A stretch of 64,000 nt of DNA from Chloroflexota bacterium (GCA_965216245.1 OZ244145.1:2317284-2381283); one strand, 5' to 3'. Shown: positions 37,650-47,606, numbered from the stretch's first letter. Notes: generated from the sequence alone by a model not told the origin. Numbers and translations are program-made.

Positions 37650-39617
37650 ATGTCTTCTGTCGATCCGCCGCTCGCGCCATCTTTTCACTTGGACAGCACA
37701 ACCATCGACGCCATCTACGGCCCGAACGGGCTATTGGTGCGCGCCGGGTGGGAGCATCGCGCGGGACAACACGACATGGCGTCTGCCATCAGTGAAGCCC
37801 TGGCGGAACGCCGTCACCTGGTGGTAGAGGCCGGCACCGGTGTGGGAAAGAGTCTCGCTTATCTCATCCCGGCGGTCTTGGCCCGGCGCGCCGATCCGGA
37901 CTGCGGCCCGATCATCATCTCTACGGCAACCAAAGTGCTGCAGGACCAGCTCTTCTTCAAAGACGTGCCTGCTGTGCAGGAGATCCTTGCGCCGTTTGGC
38001 ATTACGTTCGACGCCATCGTGGCCAAAGGGCTGGGGAACTACGCCTGCAAGCTCAAGCTGGATGAGGTTACGGGCAGTCTCATACCGCCGGAGGGACTAG
38101 CGGGGATGACGGCGTGGCTGGGGGAGACGACGACCGGCGACGTAGACGAGCTACGCTTCACGCTCTCAACGGAACTCCGCGAGCGCACTATCGCTACCGA
38201 TACCGATTGCATCGGACGGCGCTGCCGCTTCTTTCACGACAACTCGTGCTGGTATTACGCCATGCGCAAACAGTTGCAGCGAGCGGACATCGTCATTTGC
38301 AACCACGCATTGCTCTGCCTCAGCACATTGGCCGAAATCCTGCCCCCGCATGCATTTCTCATCATAGATGAGGCGCACCAGCTTGAGAACTTTGCCTACG
38401 CGGCGTTCACGGATACCCTGACGCCGCGCAGCATCACGCGCCTCATTCCCGAAGAACCGGGCCTGGAGGGCCTGCGCGATGCGCTCCAGCGTGGGGTTGC
38501 AACGTACTGGGAGCAGTTCACGGCCCTATTGCTGAATAAGGGTCGTGGCGACTGGGGAAGCCGGCAAGTTGCGGTGCCGGAACCCCTGGAATTCGCCGCA
38601 GAAGCGGTCACCAGCGTTCTCAATCGCTACTATCAACACCTCAGAGTGCGCTTGCCGCAGATGCCGAGTGAGGAGGAAGAGGCGAAGCTGCAGAAGCACA
38701 TCGAGCAGGTGGATTCCGTGATCGACCGCGTGGATCGCTTCTGTGCACCCACGCTGCGGGGTGCGCTCCGCTACGTCGAGGAGGGGCGCATCGGCATCCA
38801 GTTGCACTACACGCCTATCGACGTCTCAGAGCACCTTGCCCAGGTGGTCGAACGGACACAGGCAACAGTGTATACGTCGGCGACGCTGGCTGTGGGCGGC
38901 AGCATGAAGTTCTTCGCCTCACGCGTGGGGGCCGGCAACTATCGGGAAGCTACGTGCGATAGCCCTTTTATCTTCGAAGAGCAGGCGCTCATCTGGGCGC
39001 CGCGGCCGCGCGAACTTTCCGAGCCTCCCTCGCGCTGGGAGGGGGAGGCAGCGCATGCCTATCTTGCGGCCTTGGTCGATCGGTTGGAACGCCTGGTGGT
39101 TGCCTCCCGGGGCAGGGCCTTTTTGCTCTTCACCAGCTATCGGGCGCTTGAACACTGCTACCGGGAGCTATCGCGGCGCGTCGGCGATCAGATGCTCTGC
39201 TTACGCCAGGGGGAGATGCCGCGAAGGGAACTGCTGCGCGTGTTCCAGGAGGACGGCAACGCGATACTCTGCGCCACCAAGTCATTCTGGCAAGGCGTGG
39301 ACGTCCCGGGCGAGGCGCTCTCGGTCGTCGCCATCGACCGGCTGCCGTTTTCCGCGCCTTCACCGCTTTCTCAAGCCCGATTGGATGCGGTTACCAATGC
39401 CGGGGGTAACTGGTTCCGCGACTTGATGCTGCCGGAAGCCGTCATCGATCTGAAGCAGGGCTTTGGCCGACTGATTCGGAGTCCGGAAGACAGCGGCGTG
39501 ATGGTGCTGCTGGACGCGCGCATCCATACGAAGTTCTACGGCAAGATGATCCTGAACTCACTGCCCCCGGCGCGGCGCGCGGGCGACTTCACCGACGTGG
39601 AGCAGTTCTTTCGGTAG
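37650..39617 (+). CDS. ATP-dependent DNA helicase, DinG/YoaA family
   Basis: EAGTGVGKS, Fe-S cysteines (NYAC, DC..RRC...C), DEAH, TSATL, FWQGVD.PG, KQG.GRLIR. Confidence 0.95.
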   Translation: MSSVDPPLAPSFHLDSTTIDAIYGPNGLLVRAGWEHRAGQHDMASAISEALAERRHLVVEAGTGVGKSLAYLIPAVLARRADPDCGPIIISTATKVLQDQLFFKDVPAVQEILAPFGITFDAIVAKGLGNYACKLKLDEVTGSLIPPEGLAGMTAWLGETTTGDVDELRFTLSTELRERTIATDTDCIGRRCRFFHDNSCWYYAMRKQLQRADIVICNHALLCLSTLAEILPPHAFLIIDEAHQLENFAYAAFTDTLTPRSITRLIPEEPGLEGLRDALQRGVATYWEQFTALLLNKGRGDWGSRQVAVPEPLEFAAEAVTSVLNRYYQHLRVRLPQMPSEEEEAKLQKHIEQVDSVIDRVDRFCAPTLRGALRYVEEGRIGIQLHYTPIDVSEHLAQVVERTQATVYTSATLAVGGSMKFFASRVGAGNYREATCDSPFIFEEQALIWAPRPRELSEPPSRWEGEAAHAYLAALVDRLERLVVASRGRAFLLFTSYRALEHCYRELSRRVGDQMLCLRQGEMPRRELLRVFQEDGNAILCATKSFWQGVDVPGEALSVVAIDRLPFSAPSPLSQARLDAVTNAGGNWFRDLMLPEAVIDLKQGFGRLIRSPEDSGVMVLLDARIHTKFYGKMILNSLPPARRAGDFTDVEQFFR

Positions 39618-39695
39618 GAAAGGACATGCCGCTTGCTTGGGAGGACGAAAGTGCGCTGCACGAACTGACGATTTCGCTTGAGTGCTTGGTGCACC

Positions 39696-39800
39696 CCGTT
39701 CGCGCTGAGCATGGTCGAAGGGTGAGCGGCTGGGGATATGGATAGTCGGCTCCGGGCACTCTTCGTTCCGTTCGTACTTCGACAGGCTCAGCACGAACGG
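39696..39800. repeat. Class C REP doublet between convergent genes
   Basis: CCGTTCGCGCTGAGCATGGTCGAAGGG and the inverted CTTCGACAGGCTCAGCACGAACGG. Confidence 0.85.
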
Positions 39801-39857
39801 TCAATAGACCTGACGGCAGGCCAGATCAGCACTAACAAGAAAGCGACCCGCAGGCGG

Positions 39858-41234
39858 CTATTGCAGTTCGGGCAAAGGCGGCATGTGGCGTTGCGCCCAG
39901 ACGGCGATGTCTTGCGTGAGCAGTCGTTCGACGTTGAGCTCCACCTTGCGGTCGGCGAGGAGTTGGCTGAACGCCCGTAGCTGTAGTTGGGACAAGGCGT
40001 TGGGTTCTATCGGGACGTCGTCGGCTTTTTCCAGGACTTCGATGATATGGAACCCAAACGGCGTCTGAATCGGATCGCTGGTTTGTCCGGGTGCCAGCTC
40101 GAAGGCTGCCAGCTCGAAGGTGGGGGTCATGACGCCCTTGGGGAACCAACCCAGGTCGCCACCGTTTTCTTTCGCGCTGGGATCCAATGACATTTCCGCC
40201 GCAAGCTCGGCAAAGTCCTCGCCGGCCTCCAGGCGTTCCTTGGCGAGTGCGGCATCTTCTTCAGTCGCGATCAGTATGTGGCGGGCATGGACCTGTGACT
40301 GGCTGGCGGGCACGGCGGCAATGGCGTCCTGTTCCAAGCGCTGCCGCCACCAGGCGTCTTGAACGCGCTCAGCGAAGGTCTCACGCGACATACCGGTACC
40401 GGCAAGATAGGCTTCCACGCGGGCGTCCATGGCAGGCGTTGGCGTGGGTACAATCGGGGTTGACGTAACCGGCGCGGCGGTAGGCGACGGGGTTACGGGA
40501 AGGGCCGTCGCCGTGGCTGCGGCGGATTGGCTGCTCAAGAGCTCTGCCCGCATTAGCATCTGATCGGACTGCCGTATCTCATCATCGGCGGTCACCGGAA
40601 TGATCTCAGGCGCGGGAGGAGAGATGAACGAGAGAATGCTGTTGCGCAACTGCGCTTCGCTAAGCGCGCCGAGGTAGGCTGCAGTGGCTTCCTCCCGCTC
40701 GGCTTCCGAATAGGTATAGCCGCGCGCAGCGGCTTCTTGGCGTACGATAATGGCCTCGACCATCTGCTCCAACGTGTAGCTGGGCAGGAACTGCAGTTGT
40801 TGTTCTTGTTGTGCCAGCAGCCGGCTGGTCGCGTTGCTCAAGGTGGCGGGGTCTTCTGCCGCTTCGCTGACGAGTTTAGGGAGAATCTGCTGCACCTGAC
40901 GCGTGTAGTAGACACGGTGGGCGAGTTCTGTGCCCAACGCCGTGGCATACGTGCTGGCGGAGATGTTGGTCGTCCCTACCCGTGCCACGGTAGCGCGTGC
41001 TTGGAGCACGTACTCATTCAGGTACGCATAGAGCAGAATGAGGACGATGAGAGCGGCAACGAAGCCGGCGCCGGCTATTACCGCCCGCCGCTTTATCGAG
41101 TCCTTCTCACGCCGCGAAAGGTGGGCGCCCCAGCCAAAGATCAGCGCCTGCCCCTCTTCCGCCGGATGCTCCAGAGGACGGGCGATTATGCGTTGGGCGC
41201 GTCGGCTTGACTGACCGGACTTTCTGCGTGGCAT
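39858..41234 (-). CDS. Parvulin-type peptidyl-prolyl isomerase (PrsA/SurA-like)
   Basis: N-terminal TM; HARHILI, F.ELA...S.D......GGDLGWF, F...AF, I.T.FGFHII. Confidence 0.92.
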   Translation of the reverse strand: MPRRKSGQSSRRAQRIIARPLEHPAEEGQALIFGWGAHLSRREKDSIKRRAVIAGAGFVAALIVLILLYAYLNEYVLQARATVARVGTTNISASTYATALGTELAHRVYYTRQVQQILPKLVSEAAEDPATLSNATSRLLAQQEQQLQFLPSYTLEQMVEAIIVRQEAAARGYTYSEAEREEATAAYLGALSEAQLRNSILSFISPPAPEIIPVTADDEIRQSDQMLMRAELLSSQSAAATATALPVTPSPTAAPVTSTPIVPTPTPAMDARVEAYLAGTGMSRETFAERVQDAWWRQRLEQDAIAAVPASQSQVHARHILIATEEDAALAKERLEAGEDFAELAAEMSLDPSAKENGGDLGWFPKGVMTPTFELAAFELAPGQTSDPIQTPFGFHIIEVLEKADDVPIEPNALSQLQLRAFSQLLADRKVELNVERLLTQDIAVWAQRHMPPLPELQ

Positions 41235-41522
41235 GGGAAGACCTTGAAGTATGAGGCGTCAGGAGGCAACTGGGTGGCAAGCAATCGCTCTGTCGCAGTT
41301 GTCGCGCACCGCTATTCCTGCTTCCGAAGGGCGGGCTTGGCGCGAGCGCCGGCGCCGATGTGAAAGCAGTTTGCCCGGTAACGTACTACGCTGCAACTCG
41401 CATCAGCGCGTTTGGCAAGGAGCAGACGCCCTGGCTGATAAAGAAGAGCGCTTAAACCTTGACACACACTGCGGCGCGCTGCCTTTAGCAACTGTTAGCG
41501 GGCCGCGGCAATGGCGGGCTGC

Positions 41523-41933
41523 TTACCGTGTGCGCGTGTGTTCCGGCGTGTACGGCAACAGCGCCACTGTGCGCGCTCGTTTGATGGCAACCCCGAGTCG
41601 GCGCTGGTGCTTCGCGCACGTGCCGCTTTGGCGGTGCCCGATGATCTTCTCGCGATCGTCCAAGTAATTCCACAAGATGTCAACGTTCTTGTAGTCAATG
41701 ACCTTAATGCCATTGCCGCAAAAGTAGCACGACCGGCGACGCCGCGGACCCCGACCGCCCGGCCCTCGCCGGCGCGGCGGGCCGCCGAAACGACCTCCGC
41801 CGCCACCACCGCCGCCACCGAAACGACCTCCGCCTCCGCCGCCTCCGCCACCACCACCGCCGCCACCACCGCCACCACCACCGAACCGTCCCGGCGGCCT
41901 GCCTCGTGAACCACGATCATCTCGATCAATCAT
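41523..41933 (-). CDS. rpsR: 30S ribosomal protein S18 (Zn-binding form) with a Gly-rich N-terminal extension
   Basis: CYFC...IDYK.V..L.....KI...R..G.C..HQR....IKRAR...LLPY; rpsF-ssb-rpsR order. Confidence 0.96.
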   Translation of the reverse strand: MIDRDDRGSRGRPPGRFGGGGGGGGGGGGGGGGGGGRFGGGGGGGGGRFGGPPRRRGPGGRGPRRRRSCYFCGNGIKVIDYKNVDILWNYLDDREKIIGHRQSGTCAKHQRRLGVAIKRARTVALLPYTPEHTRTR

Positions 41934-41991
41934 CACTTATCCTCTATTTGCAGTGTATCTGTCAGAATTCATGGGAAATCGTGGGGAAATA

Positions 41992-42414
41992 TTAGAAAGG
42001 AAGATCATCAGGATCGATCTGCTCTTCCTGTTCGGCAGGCGCCCCGGCTTCCGCCATGGCCTCGCCGGACATGCCTTGATCCCGCCGCGAGCCGAGCATC
42101 TGCATCTCGAACGCGGTGACGGCTAAGCTAGAGCGTTCCTGGCCGTCTTGGCCGGTGTAGGTATCTAGTTTCACGCGTCCTTCGATGTAGACCTGTCGGC
42201 CTTTAGCAAGGTAATTCGCGCAGGTCTCCGCGAGCTTATTCCATGCAGTCACGCGAAACCAGTCAGTCTCTTCCTGTTGTTCACCGTCGCGGCCGCTCCA
42301 GCGGCGGCTGACCGCCATCGAGAAATTGCAGACTGGCGTACCGCTTGCGGTATAGCGCAACTCAGGGTCGCGACCCAAGTGTCCGATGAGCATGACTTTA
42401 TTCAGGCCGGCCAT
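41992..42414 (-). CDS. ssb: Single-stranded DNA-binding protein
   Basis: LNKV.LIG.LG.DPELRYT, W.KLAE, KG.QVYIEG and a C-terminal DDLPF. Confidence 0.97.
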   Translation of the reverse strand: MAGLNKVMLIGHLGRDPELRYTASGTPVCNFSMAVSRRWSGRDGEQQEETDWFRVTAWNKLAETCANYLAKGRQVYIEGRVKLDTYTGQDGQERSSLAVTAFEMQMLGSRRDQGMSGEAMAEAGAPAEQEEQIDPDDLPF

Positions 42415-42416
42415 GG

Positions 42417-42776
42417 TTACTCTTCCTCGCTTTCGGTTGCAGCGGCGGCTGTGGGTTCCGGCTGCCGGTCCGGCGTGAGGGGCGGCAGGCCCTCAGCACG
42501 CACGGTGAGGTAGCGGATTATTGGCTCCGTGATTAGGAAAAGGCTTTCGAGATCGCGTATAAGCGCCGGGGCATCGGCGTTGAAGTGCCAAAGCACGTAG
42601 TAGCCGTCGGTGAGGTGCTTGATGGGGTAAGCGAGACGCCGCCGCCCCCACGTCTGTCGCGCGACGATTTCGCCGTTGTGTTCAGTGATCGTGGAGACGA
42701 TGCGACCGGTGAGAGTCGCGAGGGTATCGGTGTCGATCTCCGGGTGGAAGATGACGACAAGCTCGTACGGACGCAT
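42417..42776 (-). CDS. rpsF: 30S ribosomal protein S6
   Basis: MR.YE...I..P, WG.RRLAYPI, GYY, IIRYL. Confidence 0.97.
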   Translation of the reverse strand: MRPYELVVIFHPEIDTDTLATLTGRIVSTITEHNGEIVARQTWGRRRLAYPIKHLTDGYYVLWHFNADAPALIRDLESLFLITEPIIRYLTVRAEGLPPLTPDRQPEPTAAAATESEEE

Positions 42777-42877
42777 GCAGAGTTTTCCTTCCTCTGGGTT
42801 TGCCTCCGGTCGGGTGCATCGGCAGGGTGAACTTTAGGCCCAGCCTGCACATGCCGGAAGCAGAAAGGTTATTATCG

Positions 42878-42965
42878 TGGTGCCGAGGACCGGAGTCGAA
42901 CCGGCACGAGCGTTTAAGCTCCTGGGAGTTTAAGTCCCATGCGTCTTCCATTTCGCCACCTCGGC
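42878..42965 (-). tRNA. tRNA-Leu (anticodon TAA)
   Basis: GCCGAGG acceptor stem, anticodon arm TGGGA-CTTAAAC-TCCCA, long variable arm, GGTTCGACTCC T-loop, encoded CCA. Confidence 0.97.
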
Positions 42966-43143
42966 TTGATGGACGCACTCTTTACTGCGGGCGAAGACGC
43001 CTCACTCCCAACCAGGGGACGCAGGTCCTTGACTATCTTTCCACATTATATGTTGCTCCGTATGCGCCCTGCAACCAGGGCAGGTGTTTTATGGCGAGTC
43101 GGCCACCTGGTTACAAAGGTTAAGTGCTGCACTCTGTCATTCC

Positions 43144-43385
43144 TGTAAGTGTCAGGCAATTCGTTGACAGATCTTCAATAAAGAGAAGATAAGCGACGCG
43201 TCGTGCATGCCTTGTACACATGTCATTCCGAACGGAGCGCAGCGCAGAGAGGAATCTAGAGTGCTGAGCCTATTGGACTTGTTGCAACATGGACTCCAGA
43301 TTCCTCTCTTCGCTCGGAATGACATAATCGGTCAACACTGCCTGGTGGAAAGCGAATTCTGTCAACGAATTACTCAACACTTACA
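43144..43385. mobile_element. Non-autonomous TGT...ACA element (MITE, copy 2, 242 bp)
   Basis: Same terminal IRs as 8490-9800 in the opposite orientation. ATTCC duplication at 43139-43143 and 43386-43390. Internal class B REP pair at 43222-43324. Confidence 0.88.
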
Positions 43386-43817
43386 ATTCCGAACGAAGCG
43401 AGGAATCTAGAGTTGCCAAGCGAAAAGCGCAACGCCTGATCAGGTAATTTCTAACTCCCGTAGACTGTTTGCGACGAAAGGTGATAGGCGCTGTGGCGCT
43501 TGTACTGCCCGCGTTCATGCTTGCTTGTGAGGCAGGCGCAATCGAGAGTGCCATGCGGGGTAGTAGCGAGGTGGTGAAGGCTCTCTTGGGGCTAGCTCTT
43601 CGTGGGAGTGATGGAAAGCGGGAGCGCGCTAAAGCCGCGCCATCCAGAGCGGGGGACAAGCCCCCGCGCTACGAGGATTATCGCTCTTCAGTTCACTGCG
43701 ACGGTGGCAGCCACTGCGATAAACACAGTAAAGCAGATTCTAGGTTGTGCGCCCTAGATTCCTCGCTGTGCCTGCAATGACTAGAGACGTCAACTAATTC
43801 AAAACGACCGAATCGCG

Positions 43818-46800
43818 CTAGAGCTGCACCTGGACGCGCACGAGTCGGGCGTACGTGCCTGCAGTGCCCACGAGTTCGTCGTGAGTGCCCAGTTGGGTGA
43901 CGTTCCCGTCGTCGAGGACGATGATTTTGTCCGCATCGCGGACAGTGGAGAGGCGGTGCGCGATGACGAGGGTGGTGCGGTCCCGCATAAGCTCGGCGAT
44001 GGCCGCGCGCACTTCCCGCTCGTTCTCCGTATCCAGGTGGGACGTGGCTTCGTCCAGGATCAGAATAGGCGCTTGTTTCAGCAGCGCGCGCGCAATGGCA
44101 AGCCGCTGCCGCTGCCCGCCGGAAATTGACGTGCCGCGTTCGCCGACGACTGAATCGTAGCCGCGTGGGAACCTCCGAATGAACTCGTCCGCGCTGGCCA
44201 TCTTTGCCGCTGCCTCGATCTCATCATCGGTGGCGTCAGGCCGCGCGAGGCGCAGGTTTTCGCGGACGCTCATGTTGAAGAGGTAGATGTCCTGGGAGAC
44301 AAGCGAAACACGGCTGCGCAGGTCGTCGAGGGTGAAGTCTCGCACGTCGTGACCGCCGAACGTGATCCGTCCTTGCTGCGGGTCCCAGAAGCGCATGAGT
44401 AGGTGCGCCACGGTGGTCTTGCCCGCGCCGGAAGGCCCGACGAGAGCGACGGTCTGGCCGGCTTCGACTGCGAAAGAAACGCCGCTCAGCGCCTGGGGCT
44501 CGCCGGGGCCGTAGTTGAACCATACGTCATCGAATGTCACCGCGGGCACTGCGGCCGCCGTGGGTGAAACGGCGTGACCGTCAGTCACGGGCATTGGTTC
44601 GTCCTGCACGGCAAAGACGCGCCGACCGGAACCGAACGCGTTTGCCAATTCCTTGACGATGCGGGCTATTTCGGCCACCGGCGTGAAGCAGGTCAGGGCA
44701 AGCATCGTCGCCACCGGCAACGCCGCGGGCGCCAGTCCGCCTTCGAGCACGAGATACGCACCCAGCATGAGCACGACGAGCCCGCCGACCGCTTGGATTC
44801 CTTCGATTGTTCCCTGCTGGAAACCTAGTTGTTTGCCATAACGCACCTGCAGGCCGGTGAGCGCATCGCTCTTGTCGTGGATTTCCTGCAAGCGCCGACC
44901 GTCTTGCGAAAAGACCACGACCTCGCGCAGTCCCTGCACGCTGTCAGACATGTGGGCGTTGACCTCGCCAAGCTCAGTGCGCAAGCGATTGCCCAGCCGG
45001 TCGGTATGTCGTCCGATGAAGTGCGGGCTGAGCGCCACCAGGATGAGGAAGGGCACCAGCACCAGCGCGAGCAGCCACGACATGTTGAGCAAAAAGACCA
45101 CTGCCACGAGCGGCACCATGATGGCAACCAGGATCGGCCCGGCTGCATGGGCGAAGAACGACTCGACCGTCTCGATATCCGACGTGACGATGCTCGTAAG
45201 GTCGCCACTGCGGCGGCTGTACATATAAGCGGGCGCGAGGCGGTCAAAGGTGTCGAAGAGCTTGATGCGCATGTCCGCCAGAATACGGTACGCCATGTCG
45301 TGCGAAATCCAGGACTCGATCCAGGTAAAGAGTGACACCGTTACCGCAAGGGCGATCACAATCGGAATCATGGGACCCAGGCCGCCGTCGGTCGCCACGC
45401 GGCCGGCGAGTATGGCGCTGGCAACGCCGAGCGCGATGGTAGCCCCAGCCTTGACCAGACCGCTGCCAACGGTGACGGCGAATTCCAACCACTCCGGGCG
45501 AATGAGCCGCATCAGCCGGCTGCTCGTTTCCCAAGCGCCGATTGCCACCGGCTCGATAGGTTTTGCGTGCGCGTCGCTGCGCAGAAAGTGACCGTCCTGG
45601 CTGGCTGGGTCGTCTGCCACGGGCGCGGCGGAGCCTGGCGCGCCGCCTGCGACGCCGGCTGCTACGGAATCTCCATTCGTCGCGGCAGAAGAGAACCCGA
45701 TACCCTCTTGCTCATCCTCAGCGCGGGTCGGCAGCCGCGATTGCGCCGCCACGAGACGCGCGTAGACCCCGTCGTGAGCCATGAGATCGCTGTGAGAGCC
45801 CAGCTCGACGCAGGCCCCTTGGTCGAGCACGATGATTTGATCGGCGCCGGAGACCGTCGAAAGGCGGTGGGCAATCACGATCGTCGTCCTATTCCGCATC
45901 AGCCGTTCCAGTGCCTCTTGGATGACCGCTTCATTGCCGCTATCGACGTGGGAGGTAGCCTCATCCAGGATGAGGATGGGCGCGTCCTTGAGGATTGCCC
46001 GCGCAATGGCAAGCCGCTGTCGCTGGCCGCCGGATAGCTTCTGGCCGCGTTCGCCAATGATCGTGTCGTAACCGGCGAGCAGTCTCGGAATGAACTCATG
46101 GGCATTTGCGGCTTGCGCTGCCGCTAACACCTCTGCGTCTGACGCCTCAGGGCGGGCGAGGCGAATATTCTCCAACACCGTGCCGTGGAAGAGATACGTG
46201 TCCTGCGCGACGATAGAGACCTGCCGCCGCAAGGTTTCCAGCGGAAGGTCCCGGATGTCGTGGCCGCCGAGCAGGATGCGTCCCGCTTGGGGATCGAAGA
46301 AGCGCAGTAGCAGATTGGTGACCGTGGTCTTGCCGGCGCCGGAAGGCCCAACGATGCCGAGTGAGGAGCCGGCCGGTACGCCAAAGGAAACTTCCCGCAG
46401 CGCCGGTTGGTCGCCGCTCTCGTAGGCGAAAGTCACGCGCTCGAAATCCACGCTGGGCTCGAGTGTTGCTTCATTGGCAATGGTTGCGCCGGTGCGGCCG
46501 TCTGCGGTGACCCGGTCGGCAGCATCCGTGACCTCCGGCTGTTCATCCAGGAGCGAGAACATGCCGATGGCTGACGAGGTACCGAGCAGACCGGTGTGGT
46601 AGAGCTGATTGAGTTCGCGTAATGGTCGGAAGATCTCTACTCCCAGGAAGAGCACGATCATGAGGGGCGTCAAGTCGAGCGTGCCTTGATCAACGCGAAT
46701 CGCACCCCAGGCGAGCACCGACGCGGCGCCCAAACTCATGAAGAGCATGCTCACGCCGCCGGACGCTATGTTTATGCCCAGCACCTTCATGGTTGTGAGC

Positions 46801-47513
46801 GAGAGCGCGTGTGCGCGGTCGGCAAGCATGCGTCCCCACTCCGCGCTGCGGCCGAAGATCTTCAACGTGGCGAGCCCTTGGATGGCATCGATGAAATCTG
46901 CGCTCAGCTCTCGGTTTGCTTGCCAGCGTCCGCGGCTGGCGCGGTACGTGGCGCGGCGGAAGAACATCGGCGCAAGGAAGGTGAGCGTGGCAAAAAGCAG
47001 GAAGATGAGGGCCGAGTGCCAGTCAAGGATTGTCATGAAGATGAGAATGCCAACGGGGGCCACACCGGCAACCACAAGCTGCGGCAGGTAGCGACCGAAG
47101 AACGTCTCAAGCTGCTCCACCGAATCCACAGCCTTTACCACCACCTCACCGGTGCGCTGTTTCTGCGTGAAACCGGGGCCGAGACGCAGCAAGTGGCTAT
47201 AGAGGGCAGTGCGAAGCTTGACTTTCATTTTCGCCGCCGTCTCGTGGGCAATGAATTGTTGCCCCATCGTGAAGACGATGCGCAGCATGGGCAACGCGAG
47301 TACGCCGAGCAAAATCGGGATAATCTTTGAGAAGGGCTCACTCTCGAAAACCATTGCCACCGCCGTACCCGAGAGGGAAAGGCGCGCCACGCCGGTAGTA
47401 ACAGCGCCCAGACCGAAGAGGGCAGCCAAGGCTATCCGACCACGAACTTCCTTCGTCAGGCTGGCGAGACGCCAACTCGTGCTTAGGGAATCAGCCTTCT
47501 GTACTGTCGCCAT
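43818..47513 (-). CDS. Fused ABC exporter (TMD-NBD-TMD-NBD), CydDC/IrtAB-like
   Basis: Two GPSGAGKT Walker A motifs, two SGGQRQR signatures, two ILDEATS motifs and two TM domains with FF..YLPQ and E.FFAH motifs. Confidence 0.92.
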   Translation of the reverse strand: MATVQKADSLSTSWRLASLTKEVRGRIALAALFGLGAVTTGVARLSLSGTAVAMVFESEPFSKIIPILLGVLALPMLRIVFTMGQQFIAHETAAKMKVKLRTALYSHLLRLGPGFTQKQRTGEVVVKAVDSVEQLETFFGRYLPQLVVAGVAPVGILIFMTILDWHSALIFLLFATLTFLAPMFFRRATYRASRGRWQANRELSADFIDAIQGLATLKIFGRSAEWGRMLADRAHALSLTTMKVLGINIASGGVSMLFMSLGAASVLAWGAIRVDQGTLDLTPLMIVLFLGVEIFRPLRELNQLYHTGLLGTSSAIGMFSLLDEQPEVTDAADRVTADGRTGATIANEATLEPSVDFERVTFAYESGDQPALREVSFGVPAGSSLGIVGPSGAGKTTVTNLLLRFFDPQAGRILLGGHDIRDLPLETLRRQVSIVAQDTYLFHGTVLENIRLARPEASDAEVLAAAQAANAHEFIPRLLAGYDTIIGERGQKLSGGQRQRLAIARAILKDAPILILDEATSHVDSGNEAVIQEALERLMRNRTTIVIAHRLSTVSGADQIIVLDQGACVELGSHSDLMAHDGVYARLVAAQSRLPTRAEDEQEGIGFSSAATNGDSVAAGVAGGAPGSAAPVADDPASQDGHFLRSDAHAKPIEPVAIGAWETSSRLMRLIRPEWLEFAVTVGSGLVKAGATIALGVASAILAGRVATDGGLGPMIPIVIALAVTVSLFTWIESWISHDMAYRILADMRIKLFDTFDRLAPAYMYSRRSGDLTSIVTSDIETVESFFAHAAGPILVAIMVPLVAVVFLLNMSWLLALVLVPFLILVALSPHFIGRHTDRLGNRLRTELGEVNAHMSDSVQGLREVVVFSQDGRRLQEIHDKSDALTGLQVRYGKQLGFQQGTIEGIQAVGGLVVLMLGAYLVLEGGLAPAALPVATMLALTCFTPVAEIARIVKELANAFGSGRRVFAVQDEPMPVTDGHAVSPTAAAVPAVTFDDVWFNYGPGEPQALSGVSFAVEAGQTVALVGPSGAGKTTVAHLLMRFWDPQQGRITFGGHDVRDFTLDDLRSRVSLVSQDIYLFNMSVRENLRLARPDATDDEIEAAAKMASADEFIRRFPRGYDSVVGERGTSISGGQRQRLAIARALLKQAPILILDEATSHLDTENEREVRAAIAELMRDRTTLVIAHRLSTVRDADKIIVLDDGNVTQLGTHDELVGTAGTYARLVRVQVQL

Positions 47514-47576
47514 TGCTTGCCTCAATCAACACTGTGCTTCTGCAAATATTGAGAAGTGTTCCTAATAGTGGGCACT

Positions 47577-47606
47577 TACTATACCACGATTTACAATAGC
47601 ACACAA
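47577..47606 (-). promoter_or_regulatory. Putative promoter of the ABC exporter
   Basis: Minus strand TTGTGT-17 nt-TATAGT with a TG extension. Confidence 0.5.

Noticed and set aside
42878-42965. tRNA-Leu as an integration site
   Set aside because: No duplicated 3' tRNA fragment or full integrase nearby, and rpsF follows directly.
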